Below, piece after piece: positions 45,486 to 59,220 of a stretch of 64,000 nt of DNA. A model generated the notes under the pieces. It worked only from the letters and a program-made list of their open reading frames with translations. It did not search any database and was not told the origin of the DNA. Where the stretch lies: the NCBI GenBank assembly GCA_038087875.1, contig CM075981.1:20336001-20400000 (forward strand). Reading direction: 5' to 3'. The stretch's first letter is position 1, and every line of letters begins with the position of its first letter. Both the position numbers and the translations under genes were made by a program. The stretch is from Malacoraja senta (lineage: Eukaryota).

Positions 45486-48400
45486 GACAGGAAACATATA
45501 AAATTGGACACGCTAGATGCAGGAAACATGTTCCCGATGTTGGGGGAGTCCAGAACCCAGGGCTACAGTTTAAGAACAAGGGGTAGGCCATTTAGAACTG
45601 AGATGAGGAAAAACGTTTTCACACCAAGAGTTGTGATTTTGTGGAATTCTCTGCCACAGAAGGCAGTGTAGGCTGATTCACTGGATATGGGGAGAAGGCA
45701 GGAATGGGGTACTGATTATGGATGATCAGCCATGATCACATTGACTGGTGGTGCTGGCTCGAAGGGCCGAATGGCCTACTCCTGCACCTTTTGTCTATGT
45801 ATCTATGTATCACCTATCCATGGATGTATCTATGTATCACCTATCCAGAGATGCTGCCTGGCCCGCTAGGTTACTCCCACACTTTGATTTTTTTGCTCAA
45901 GCTTCCTGCATCTGCAGTTTCTTGTGTCTCCGGATAAGACAGGAGTCAGCCAGGAGAGCAGTAAAGAGGTCAGGGCTGGAGGTCACGATGCTATTGATGA
46001 AGGTTTCAGAACAAGATTGGTGGAGACAGCTGGGCAATGTTTCAGAGGCAAAGGTGGGCTGTGTTGTTTAACGAGAGGATATCGGGTCAGGAGTATAGCT
46101 CGGGATAAAACAGATACCGAAGAATCTGGTTCAATGCTCTTTGCCAGAGTATCTTTATTTGAATAATCCAATTCCTGGCTGGAAGCTACAACTGAAGCTG
46201 TCCCACTCCTCCTCCACAATCAACGTCATGTGTCGAAAAGAGATCTCTCATCTCCCATCTTGTTCTTTGGCAAGTCTTCTTCAATGTCTGCCCTCGGGTG
46301 ACCAAACCTCCTGCCAAAAACAGTTGTTTTTTCCTCGTTGGACTTACTCACTGGCAACTCTTTGCAGCAGAAACGAGATTTGAAATGGGGACTTGACTGA
46401 ATTGCCTTCCCCACCCTCACAAATGCTCGCCGTTTCTGGCAAACCTGCAGCTGAGAGCGATTAACTGGACACAGTTAAAGGACTCAACCAGTGAATTCCC
46501 TCATAAGAGTGGCTCATTTCTACAAAGGTTAGGCATTAGCTCAATGAACCGTAGGTGAAGCGATTACATACCCATTTACTTTACATAAGGAATGTATGTA
46601 ATCAAGCTGTAGGTATGTTTTAGGACGTAGAAGAGTTTTGCCCCAGAATTATAGAACTAACCTTGCTCCCAGTTCACACGACAGATTTGCCAACAACAAC
46701 TCTTCCAAAACTGTACCTTCACCTTTGACCCTTGTATTATGAATAGTTGTGTTAACACCTGGTAATGCTTAACTATTGATATGTTAATTACCATGTACGC
46801 CTCAATTGACACCTTTTCTACTGCCATATGAATCTAATCTTGGTTTGATAAATGTGCAGAATTTGACAGAGTGACTTTGGTAATCCAATAATAACTCCTT
46901 TGGTAATTCTAACATATTATGATGCATATTGCTGGCCATTGAGCCAACATTAAATGATATAATGTATGAGCGACAGTGCCTTAGTGCTCAAACTCCTGAT
47001 CCTGAAACACACTCGAACCATCTGGAGAGTTCAAGGCGTGTCAGCAGGAGAATTTAAATTCACTTTGCTAAATAAATAAACAATAAAAGCTCCTATAATG
47101 GTGGCCATCAAGCTACTGTTTTGTTATAAAACTTGTCCATTTTGCTAATGTTCTTTCGGGGACCTCTGCCCTCTTGACCTGGGAATGGACAAATTGTGAT
47201 TCCAGACCTGCTGTGGTGACGGTGCCTTTTAACTTCTCTGAAATGCCCTGGCAAGGTGTTTAATTTAAGGGAAGCCCCCAGCATTTGTAATGAACAAATG
47301 CTGCCGGACCTGCTGAGTTCCTCCAGCACTTTGTGTTTTACTCAAGATTCCAGCAGCTGCAGTTCTGTGTGTCTCCAAAAGAAAGTGCCCAGTGAAGAGT
47401 GGTTGGGGCTGTGAAATCATTGGAATTCCATTTATTGTTTTTATGGGATTTCCCACTGTTCCATTGCAGGAGAAATATTTCATTTTGGCACCAGCATTAC
47501 AAACACTTGCTGGTTCCGAACAGAAATAAATAAAAGCTTTGTGGTTTTGTAACAAAGCTCACCCGCAGTTGGTCAACGTAATCCCTTGGTGTTTATATGA
47601 TGAGGAGTGGAAGGTCACTGCCCACGTTTCCTGAGATGTTTTTCTAAAGCAAACAATGATTCAAGATTCCTATCGCCAATAAACTTCTTCAATGCCAGAA
47701 ACTCTGGCCGGATGGAGTTTGTTTGATAACCTTTCCAGTTTTCTCACAATCCCGCAAGTCATTCGTTTCTCGAAATTAATCTTTTTTTTTTAATGGGCAT
47801 AGTTAACGTTTATTTCCCATTCATTGTTACTTTTGTCACAGTGGCCTTGAGCTATCTTCCTGCCTCTGCCTTTGGTGAAGCAGTCTCTGCAGCGGTGTGG
47901 AGCTGATAAATCTCGGATGTTGACCCAGTAACATCAGAGGGATAGCAAAGTGTATCTAAATGGCATCAATGAGTCACTGGGAGAGGAACTTGCAGACAAT
48001 GGTGTCTCCGTGCGCCAACTGCCCTTATCCTGCTAGCTCAACATTTCTCAAACTGTTTTCTACGCTCTCAATCCATTTTACGTTTGCAGAATCCATGCAA
48101 CTTATTCCTGTGCACCCATTTTGAAAAAAATGTCTCCGGGTATTCTGACAGTAAAACAATAATGTGTAGAAAGGAACTGCAGATCCTGGTTCACACCGAA
48201 GATAAAATGCTGGAGTAACTCCTGGTCTGAAGAAGGGTCTTGAACCTTAAGGTCACCTATTCCTTTTCTCCAAAGATGCGGTAAAACAATAATAATCAAT
48301 ATACTCTAGACACAAAGTGCTGGAATAGCTCAACATGTCAGGCTGCATGCCTGGAGTACATGGATAGGTGATGTTTCGGATCTGAAGAAAGGTCCTGACT

Positions 48401-49703
48401 TGAAAAGTCACCTATTCCTTTTCTAATGCAGGTAAACAATAATAATCAATATGCTGTAGACACAAAGTGCTGGTGTAGCTCAGTGGATAAGGCAGCATCT
48501 ATGGAGAACATGGATAGACGATGATTTTGGTCAATTCCCTTCATCAGACTAATTGTGGGCAGGGAGGGGAGAAGGCTGGAGGGCTGGAGGAGAGGAGGGC
48601 AGCACAAAGCCTGGCGAGTGATAGGTGGATACAGGTGGGGAGGGGGAGGGGTTGATTTTCAGATGGTTGGACAAAGGCCAGAGCTGAAAAGGCAAACAGT
48701 GTGAGATAAGGATAGAATAGGTCTGAGTCCAGGTCGGAACATGATTAGAGAAGAGAGCAGCAGGAATCACAGAGGGGGAACAGTGAGAGAGGTCTCACAG
48801 AACTCCCGTTGGAGAGACGTGGAAAACTTTTGTGAAGTAGGCAGACCTGGAGGAGATTTATTTCTACTCTAAAAAGCACATCTGAAGTGAGCAAACTATA
48901 GATAGGGTCATAGTCATATAGTGTGGAAACCAGCCCATTGGTCCAACTTGCTCACGCCAACCATTAGGCTGGTACAGTGGTGCAATGGTAGAGTTGGTGC
49001 TTACAGCGCCAGAGACCTGGGTTTTACCCTGACTATGGGTGCTGTCTGTAAACAGTTTGTACGTTCTCCCTATGACTGCCTGGGTATTCTCCTGTTTCCT
49101 CCCTCACTCCAAGACATGCTTGTTTGTTAGTTAATTGGCTTTGGTAAAAAATATATAAATTGCCCCTTGTGTGTAGGATAGTTAGTGTACTGAGTGATCT
49201 CTGGTCAGAATAGACTCGGTGTGCTGAAGGGCCTGTTTCCACACTGTATCTCTAAAGTTTGTCGTTTGGCCCATATGCCTCTAAACGTTTCCTATCCACG
49301 TACCTGTCCAATTGTAAATGTTGTTATAGTACCTGTCTCAACTACCTCCTCTGGCAGCTCATTCCATATACCCACCACAATTAAAGAATTCTTAGCCATA
49401 AAAGTGATTTGGGGTTAACAAACTATTATATTGAGGAAAACATTGGGATGTCAGACCAACTGGGTTGAGATTTAAAAGTCTTGAAGTTAGAGGTTGTAGG
49501 GTTGGCAAGGGCTGTCAAAGAATCCTTGTGGTACCAATTCAAAAGATGGCGGTGAGCATCTTAAAGACTGCTGAAAGTGAGAGTCCTAACTTCTATTTTA
49601 CAAGATAATACATTAAGTGATACTTCTGAAATCTTCTTGAATTTTAAAGTTGTGCCTTCAATCCTGAGAACTAAATAGCGCCATGTCACGTTTAAATCCC
49701 CAG

Positions 49704-49832
49704 ACGAACATCTCTATGCTGGGACTTCTTCTGACTTCCTTGGGAGAGACACGGCTCTTTTTCGCTCCCCCATCCATCGCCTGGAGAATCAGCATATCCG
49801 TACAGAACACAACCAGCCGCTCTGGTTAAGTG
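49704..49832 (+). CDS. sema3d-like: SEMA3D-like coding exon 6
   Basis: ccccag| acceptor, agtg|gtgagg donor, 129 nt. (D)EHLYAGTSSDFLGRDTALFRSPIHRLENQHIRTEHNQPLWLS. Confidence 0.95.
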
Positions 49833-51386
49833 GTGAGGCTGAGATTTGCTGCAAAATCACTGCTTTAAGGTTGTAAATCTTTACTCAGTTCAAACTGTAC
49901 GATGTTTATACGTTTCCCTGTTACGGCGTGGGTTTCCCCCGGGTGCCCCTGTTTCCTCCCACACTCCAAAGACGTACAAGCTTGCAGGTGAATTGGCCGG
50001 TAAAATTGTAAATTCTCCCTAGTGTGTAGGATATTGCTAGTGTAAGGGGATTGTTGGTCAGCGCAGACACAGTGGCCTGTTTCCATGCTGTATCTTTAAA
50101 GTCTAAATGTCAAGAGTCAGTGACAGAAGTTAATTAAAAGATTTAAAAGCAATTGCAATTCAAAGTCATGCTGCACGGAAATAGACCCTTCAGCCCCATT
50201 TGTCCATGCTGACCAAGGTGCCCCATCTGAGCTAGACCCGTTTGCCCACATTTGGTCCAGATCCCTCTAAACATTTCCTATCCATGTACCTGTCTAAATG
50301 TCTTCTAAATGCTGTTATGGTACCTACTTCAACTGCCTCCTCTGGCAGCTCGTTCCATACTCCCACAACCCGTCATGTCTGATCTCAAGAACCATTGCCT
50401 TACAAACGTTAGAAGAGGAAGGCTCCCACAGGGCTCCATGACCTCCAGGGCAGCCGGCGCTGAGTGAGATCCGAGTCCCTGGAGGTCGGAACGAGGTGGA
50501 CGGGCCGCGCCGCCGAAAGCAAAGAGGGACCCGGCGTGGGGGGGGGGGGGGCGCCGAGAACAAAGAAGGACCATTGTGACTACATTGAACACTTTGTAAC
50601 TTTGTCAGCGCTCTATACGTGGTGACTCTTTGCATACTTTGTGTATTGTCTGCAAAACATAGAATTTCACCGTGACTTGTCACATGTGATAATAAAGCAC
50701 CTTTCATTCAATAAAGTATCATTCAGTCCATCGTTCAGAATCAGATTATTTTATTAGTTTATTGCTAAGAGGCTTTTAGATAGGCACATGGATATGCAGA
50801 GAATGGAAGGATATGGGTCATGTACATCAAGGTGCAATGAATTCCTTGTACACCTGAAGCTTGTTCCATATACCCACCACCCTCTGTACAGAGTTTGCAC
50901 GTTCTCCCTGTAACCGTGTGGGTTTTCTCCGGGTGCTCTGGTTTCATCCCACATTCCAAAGACGCGCAGTTTGTAGATTAATTGGCTTCTGTAAATTGTC
51001 CCTAGTGTGTAGGATAGAACTAGTGTACAGGTGATCGATGGTCAGCATGGACTCAGTGGGCCGAAGGCCCTGTTTCCATACTGCAACTTTAACACTCAGA
51101 GGATTGTGGGTATATGGAACGAGCTGCCAGAGGAGGTAGTTGAGGCAGATACTGTAACAACATTTAAAAGACACTTGGACAGGTACATGAAGAGGAAAGG
51201 TTTAGAGGGATATGGCCAAACGTAGGCAGGTGGGGCTAGTGTAAATGGGGCTTCTTGGTTGGCATGGACGAGTTGGGTCGAAGGGCCTGTTTCCATGCTG
51301 TATGATGCAATATATTTTATTCATATTTTTAACATTTGTACCAAAACTACGTGGGGTCACAATACCTGCTGTGCTTTTCTCTTCAG

Positions 51387-51529
51387 ATGCCAAGTTTATC
51401 GGGATGTACCTCATTGCTGACACCTCTGATGACGACGATGATAAAATCTATGTGTTTTTACGAGAGACAGCTGTGGACACAGCTGGCACTGAGAGAGCCA
51501 TCTACTCCAGAGTGGCCCGAGTCTGTAAG
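51387..51529 (+). CDS. sema3d-like: SEMA3D-like coding exon 7
   Basis: cttttctcttcag| acceptor, aag|gttggt donor, 143 nt. (D)AKFIGMYLIADTSDDDDDKIYVFLRETAVDTAGTERAIYSRVARVCK contains the DDKIY.F.RE and SRVARVCK motifs. The next exon was not found in the window. Confidence 0.96.
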
Positions 51530-53289
51530 GTTGGTTTGTGAAACCATGAACATCGATTCTGTCAACGGCTCTCAGCGATTTTATGCAGCTGTTTATTTTA
51601 TTATTATTGGCTTTATGTGTTTTGCCACAGACGGCTGTGGAGGCCAAGTCATTGGATATTTTTAAGGCGGAGATTGACAGATTCTTGATCAGGCAGGGCA
51701 TCAAAGGTTATGGGGAGGAAGCAGGAGAATGGGGTTGAGAGGGAAAGATAGATCAGCCATGATTGAATGGGGTAGTAGACTCGAAGGACCAAATGGCCTA
51801 CTGCTCCTATGACATATGAGCTTATGAACTTGAAAGCTTTGCATGATTAGTCATGTGATAACCTGGACTGGAAACAACCGTTGTTACTTCTGAATGGTAA
51901 ACCCTCGTTCCAATCAAGAAGAATACTCCATTTCCCATTCCAACCACCCATATCCCCCTTGTTTCAGTGTAAAGGACATAGATTTATTTGTGTTTTGTGA
52001 AACCAGCCAAAAACAGTGCATTGTGTCCAACAAATGAGTTTACAATATGTGTTGGATTATGAGAGGAAATGTATAAGATTATGAAAGGAGTGGATATAGA
52101 GAATGCACTGAGCCTTTTACCCAAAGTAGGAGAATCAAGAACCAGAGGACATAGGTTTAAGATGAGGGGGGAAAGTTTTAATAGGTACCTGAGGGGCAAC
52201 TTTTTTTCACAAATGGTGCTGTGTATGTGGAACGAGCTGCCGGAGGAGGTAGTTGAGACAGATAGTAATATATAGTTTAAGAAACATTTAGGCAGGTCTC
52301 CTTCTTCCAGCGAACTGACGTCCCTCTCCTCGCCTGTCTACCTTCATGCCCCGGGGGTGTGGAAGGCAAGACCCTGGTTCACTCATACTGGACTTCCTCC
52401 TCGCGACAGTCTTCACCATCTCTGGTCTTCAGGGTACGAGCAGGGTCCAGCTTGGTGTCTTCCCCTTACAGGCCATGGGCCGCCGGGTCGTTGTTAGTCC
52501 AGCCGCATGGCCCACCAGGTCATTCTGCCAAATCATGCCTTGATCCTTGCTAGGAACGCCACCTATCCGTGTTCTCCAGAAATGCTGCCTGACCTGCTGT
52601 GTTATTATTCCATCACTTTGTGCCGCATTTAGTATAAACTAGCATCTGCAGTTCCTTGTACGTTGCATCCCTGAAGGTTTCTCCTCGTATTTAATCGCAG
52701 TCTCCTCCCTTCGGGAGTATGACAATGGGAGGGAGGGGAAGGGGTGTACACAGATGTAAGTTTGAAGTAGTGCACTGAAGTCGTGTTTTCATTACCAATG
52801 AAGAGCCATCTGCTCATATTTGCACCAGAGCTGTCTCTGTTCCCCATTATGGCCTTGATTAGATCACGTCAATGGGCACTGGGAGAATAATAACGAGAGA
52901 GACAGCATAGTTGAAAGAAAACATGAAAGAATAAGAATGTAAACAAGAGTGAAAAAATAGCAGTTGAACCAAAGGAACTTAAGGTCAGGGATGCAGAATA
53001 CCATTTATATGCTGCTTTATCCCGTTCATTAGAAACAGCCTAAAACACATCAAAGGCGATGACTTATTTTGAGATTCATTCTTTGTCATAACACTGACAA
53101 ATGTCTCTGAGGCAGCGATGTGATCACAGGCCAATGAATGTGTTCTTGATTATGCCGATCGAAAGAAATCGGGATAATTCCCAATCTTTTCGGAATACCA
53201 CATCTACCTGAACAACGAGATGCAATGTATCACCCGCACTGAGCAAACTTGGTCCATGCAGTGACCATTCCATGTGCTGATATACTAGA

Positions 53290-53597
53290 GAGTCTAGGAC
53301 CAGAGGGCACTGCCTCAGAATAAAAGGATGTACCTTTAGAAAGGAGTTGAGGAGGAATTTCTTTAGTCAGCGGGTGGTGAATTTGTGGAATTCATTGCCA
53401 CAGACGGCTGTGGAGGCCAAGTCATTGGGTATTTTTAAGGCTGAGATTGACAGGTTCTTGATTAGTAAGGGTGTCAAAGGTTACGGAGAGAAGGCAGGAG
53501 AATGGGGCTGAGAGGGAGTGATAGATCAGCCATGTTTGAATGGCGGAGTAGACATGATGGGTCGAATGGCCTAATTTGACTCCTATGACTTATGAAC
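53290..53597 (+). mobile_element. CR1 3' fragment; related fragments at ~1480-1810, 17060-17495, 17815-18290, 19410-19985, 23225-23430, 33840-34140, 37945-38455, 43280-43790, 45495-45810, 51090-51305, 51625-51830, 52060-52297, 54060-54480, 57375-58050 and 58725-58990
   Basis: Recurrent SRTRGH / FFSQRVVNLWNSLP coding remnants and CR1 3'UTR tails. Boundaries approximate. Confidence 0.75.
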
Positions 53598-56500
53598 GTA
53601 GGTTGGAGTCAGCGTGGAACTGACATCCAAAGAAGCAGCATGCTGGAGTAACTCAGTGGGTCAGGCAGCGAGCTGGAGTAACTCAGCGGGTCAGGCAGCG
53701 TGGTCCACTGTTGGCCGTGGAAGCGGTGATATCAAAGGGATAAGTGGATGCAAACAGATATATGAATTCGACCCGAAATATCACCTATTCCTTCTCTCCA
53801 GAGTTGCTGCCTGACCCGCTGAGTTACTCCAGCATTTTGTGACTGTCTTCAATGTCAAGTTGAGTTTATCATCATCTGCATGAGTATGGTGAGGTACAGG
53901 AACAATGAAGACCTTACTTGCAGCAGCATCACAGGCACATAGACAACACATAAACATACATTAATCATAGTTATACATGTGGTTACTTTCAGCGAGCTAT
54001 GGAATTAGATCCCAAGTTGCCTCTATGGAATTAGATCCCAAGTTGCCACTGTTGTTAGGAGTCCTGCCATGAACTCTATATTTTCCCTTTACATTTGACT
54101 TCCCAAAGTATAGCACTTCACACTGGCCCAGATTAAACTCCATCTGCTATTTCTCCGCCCATATTGTAACTGATCGATATCTTGCTGTGTCCTTTGGCAG
54201 CCTTCTTTACTGCTCACAACTCCAACAAATTTTCTGTCATCTGCAAACTTACTAACCAACTCATCGTCATTTTTTCCAAGTCATTGATATATATCACAAA
54301 CAAAATAGATCCCAGCACAGATCCCTGTGGAACACCATTGGCACTCAGCCTCCATAAAGAACAACACCCTTCCACCACTGCTCTCTGCTTTGATGGGTAA
54401 GCCAGTTCTGAATTCAGACCTCCAAGTCACCATGGATCCAAAACATCTTAATCTTCTGGATCAGCCTACAATGAGGAACCTCACTAGCCAACAAAGGAGT
54501 GTATTGGCTTGCTGTCCACATGTCTGAAAGATGTCCTGATGTTACATTGGATCAGAAGTCTTCCAGATGTCCTTGGGACAGTGAGGGTTGGTCTCTGTCA
54601 TTGGCCTTTGTTGTTCCTGTACTACACTCCTGAATCAACTCTTGATCTGTCCAATTTTGAACCCTGGTTTGCTAATTGCACCAATAAGTACTAAAATGTT
54701 TGTGTAGAAAGGAGCTGCAGATTCTGGCTTATACTGAAGATAGATACAAAGCTCTGGAGTCACTCAGTGGGTCAGGCAGCATCTCTGGAGAAAAAGGATG
54801 GGTGATGTTTTGCAGGCACGGAAACCGCTATCAAAACATGCGGGGGACACAATTTCTTGGTGCCCACGCGCGCGCATGCGCACACACGCCAGGCTTCGGC
54901 CGTGGCCCCTGTGGACGGTAACATCGGGAGCTGACCTGGTTGGTGACCGACTCCGAACTCCAGCAACAGCAGCTTCGTCCGCCCCGAATCGTGGGGCTTG
55001 AATCGGCCCATTCACCGGGTCTTTCATCGGCCGGCGGGGCCTTCAACATCGAGAGCCTCGATCGCCTCGATGCAGCAGTTTGATTTTAAGCCGCGCCGGG
55101 CGCTGAAAGGCTCTTAGAAAGCATCTGATAAAGTCTGGATTACAAAACATGGAGGGGGATTGTCCCCCACCTCTCAAAGCAGGGGGGTCCCGACCTGAAA
55201 TGTCACCCATCCTTTTCTTCCAGAGATGCTGCCTGACCGTTGAGTTACTCCAGCACTTTGTGACTAAAATTTTGTTTTTGGATGTCAAGATAAACTTTAC
55301 ATTCAAAACTTTAAGGTGAATAATCCTACAAAATAGTATAACAGGAAATATCTTGAAAAAAGTGCAGATCAGTAGTATTTTACAAAGCAAGATGACATTG
55401 AAGAGACTTTGGTTCATGACAAGGTATGAAAGCAAACTTCTCGCAAACACAGAGAGAAATGTGGATCACTAAATTACACAATGAGCTGATGTGGAGATGG
55501 GTGGGGAGTTGGAAAAAAGGTTGTGGCATCTTTCCAACTCCGATGAGGGATGGGTGGGTTTTGCATCATTTATGAGTGACAAAGAGAGGAGATGTGGGAA
55601 CAGGACACATGGTGTCCTCCCTCTGATCTTGCACTCTGACAGTCGTGTAAGGCACTGACCAGTAGAAAGCAACTGGGCAGAATGCGGATGAACTGTAGAA
55701 TACGTACTATCAGGTTGCATCACCGCTGGGCTTGGGAACAGCCCTGCCCAAAACCGCAAGAAATTGCAGAGACTTGTAGATGAAGCCCACAATAGACTCC
55801 ACACTATTGACTCCATGTACACTTCGGAAAAGCAGCCAATCCCACCCCGGTCATTCCTTCTTCTCCATGCTCCTGTCCAGCAGATGGCACAGAAGCTTTA
55901 AAGTGCACACCACCAGACTCAGGAACAGCTTCTTCCCCTCTGTTATCAGGCTTCTGAACAGTCCTTCCATAGACTCTGGTACTGTCTGCTTCACCTCTAC
56001 CCCATTGCAGACATTGGACTTTGTCTATAGAACTGATGCACTACAATGCTATATTCTGCACTGAGAATTATATTCTGCACTATATCTTCCCCCTTCTTCA
56101 ACCTATTATAGTTGAGTTTGACGTGATTGTATTTATGCATGGTATATATCTGGCATGATTGGAACAAAGCTTTTCAAAAACAAAAACAAAGCTTTTCACT
56201 GTACCTCGGTACATGTGACAATGATAAACCTGCACTGAGGAACCCCCAGGGTTGGATTTGGCTGGATTTGTGGTCCTCCCGACAGCACTTGGCACAAGTT
56301 CAGTTTATACATGCATACAAAGGGTGGAGCACACCTGCGTGATATTACAGAGGCACAACCATTCACAGCAACATCTTGGACGATCATTTTTTTAAACTTG
56401 GGTAGCTTAGAACCCAACAGTCTGAATATTGAAGTCTCCAATTTTATGTATCTATATAAACCTCCCCTTCTCCCTTTTTCCGTCATATACCCTGCTTTCT

Positions 56501-59154
56501 ACACCCGCCCTCCCCCCTGCCCCCCCCTTGTGCCCCACCTGGATGGAGCTATTTATCCCCTCCCCCTCCTCTTCATCTTACATTCCTTCCTCTTCATAAT
56601 TTCTTTCGCTTCATAATTTGCAACTCTTCAATCCTTTTGTCTCATACCTGCCTTTTAATCTCTGCCCTTTATCTGACCAGCTGCCCCATCTTCAGCTGTA
56701 TCAGCCTAATACCCTCCACCCTTTGTCCTGCCCCTGCTCTCTTCCAGTTTTCCTCACTCCGCCCCTCCACAATTAGCCTGAAGAATGGTCTCGACCCAAA
56801 ATGTCACCTATTCATGTTCTCCAGAGATGCTGCCTGACCTGTTGAGTTACACCAGCACTTTGTGTCAACTTTTTAACCTACGTGGTTCAAAACTAGATGG
56901 ACTACTAGTTTAGGAAGGACAGCTGCAGGTTAGATGTGAATGCCCTCTCTCCCTCCGTCTCCACTCCCCCCATGAAGTTGTAAATTCTTGGATTCAATAC
57001 TCTGCACAAGATTCAAGATGAATTGCCATACGTGCCGACAACGGAACAATGACATTCTTACCTGCAGCAGCTTAACAAGCCCGTAAACACAATACACATA
57101 GATAATAAACAATAAATTAAAGTTAAAAAAGTTAATAACTACAATACTTGTGCAAAAAGCATTAGTAGTCCTTAGTGCGACCAAAGAATGTCCGTAGAAG
57201 TGCATAGTCGAGGATAGTGTTGTGTGGTGTTCAAAAGCCTGATGGTCGTCTGGTAGAAGCTGTTCCAAGACCTGGTAGTCACAAAGCATTCTCAACATTT
57301 TAAGTCTAAGATGTTCTCTCTAAAAACAGTAGATTTCCCCTTGTGTCTCACTTTACGGTTGTAACCGCCCTTAAATTGGAACGAGTGCAGGGAAGATTTA
57401 TGAGGACTCGAAGGGTTGAGCTACAGTGAGAGGTTGGGCAGGCTAGAACTTTATTCCTTGAAGTTCAGGAAGATGAGGGTGATCTTCCAGGGGTGTATAC
57501 AATCATGAGGGGAATAGATGGGAGTGAATACAATGTATCCAGAGTACAATACAATACAATACAATACAATACGGTTTTATTCGTCACATTGCACATAAAG
57601 TGCAAGTGAAATGAATTTGCCAGCAGCGGTACAATGAGAAAGAACACACAAAAACACAATAAAAAGTTAACACAAACATCCACCACAGCATTCATCACTG
57701 TGGTGTAAGGCACAACATTTGGCCAGTCCTCCTCCATTTTCCCCCGTGGTCAGGACCTCGAGTATGGGAATCAAGTACTAAAGGGCATCGTTTTAAGGTG
57801 AGAGGGGAAAGATTTAATGGGAAAATAAGGGGCAACCTTTTCACACAGAGGGTAGTGGGTATACAGTATGTAATGAGCTGCCAGAAAGGGGTAGAAGAGG
57901 TAGGGATATTAACAACATCTCAAAGACATTTATTATATGTACATGGATAGGAAAGGCTTACAGGGATATGGGCCAAATATGGTCAATGAGCACAAGCTTA
58001 GATCGGGTCAGTACAAAGGAGTTGGGCCTGTTTCCATTCCGTATGACTATGGTGCTAAAGTGAATTTGCTAGGATTAACTAGGATTAACCTCACTAGGTT
58101 GCCAATCCTGCAACAAACTTTCAAACAGTGCAGTGATTATTCCTTGGTGAATTATGCTCATTTCTATTCATAAGATGTTCGGAGAAATGAAAACATATTC
58201 ACAGGTTAAGGACAACATCAGAATCCAAAGCCAACCTAAATGTTAAACACAAAATCTTTATCCTCCCCCTTGCTGCCTCTTTCCTTGGAAGTCCACTGTA
58301 CTTTAGAAGCTGCACTAACTGTGGTACTTCTGTGACTGATATATTGTTTCAGTACTTTGTCATGGACAAGTAGATAGGAATATTGGATAGATTTATGGAC
58401 TAAACTTGGAACCGCACCGGAGGCTCGTGAAGGGTCATTGGCATTCCATGTAAGTTATTTGTGAAGTTTTAAAGCGTTTCCACATGTCAGTGGAACCTTG
58501 CAGAGCCTCGGTGAAACAGGCAGGATCCTGTCCTTGTTCAAACACTGGAGCACCAAGTGCTTGACCTGCAAAATGTCATAAAACTCATTTTATAATGGCT
58601 AAGCATTTCTGCCTGTCCTGGATAATTGTGGTCAATTGAACTTGCTTTTTAATGTATTTAATTGCTCTCAATTGGAACAGCTCGGGTCAACCTCACTAGT
58701 TTGACAATTAGGACATGAGATCAGAACACATCGGAGCAGAATTAGACCATTCGGCCCATCGAGTCTACTCCACCATTCAATCACGGCTGATCTATGTTTC
58801 CATCTCAACCCCATTCTCCTGCCTTCTCCCCATAAACCTTTGACAACTAATCAAGAATGATATGACAATGAATTCCATACATTCACCACCCCATTCTAAA
58901 GGTGCGTCCTTCCATTCTGAGGCTGTCCCCTCTGATCCTAGACTCCCACTAATGGAAATGTCCTCTCCACATCCAGTCTATCTAGGCCTAACATGGAACA
59001 ATACAGCACAGGAACAGGCCCCACGCGGGCACCTCTCCAAATATTAAAATTTATGGATTGAAGAGTCAAGGAAAGCGGGTGTAAGTAGGGAGTTATTTTC
59101 CTACTTGGAGAACTGCCAGAGGAAGCTGTAGAGTGGATAGGACTTTTAAAAGAC

Positions 59155-59193
59155 GTGTGTGTGTGTGTATAATATATATATATATATATATAT
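59155..59193 (+). repeat. Compound (TG)n(TA)n microsatellite
   Basis: Seen directly in the sequence. Confidence 0.9.
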
Positions 59194-59220
59194 GACACTG
59201 TGGCATAGCCAACCTGGATG

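Noticed and set aside
53997-54047. 25-bp direct duplication ctatggaattagatcccaagttgcc
   Set aside because: A simple local tandem duplication with no further structure.
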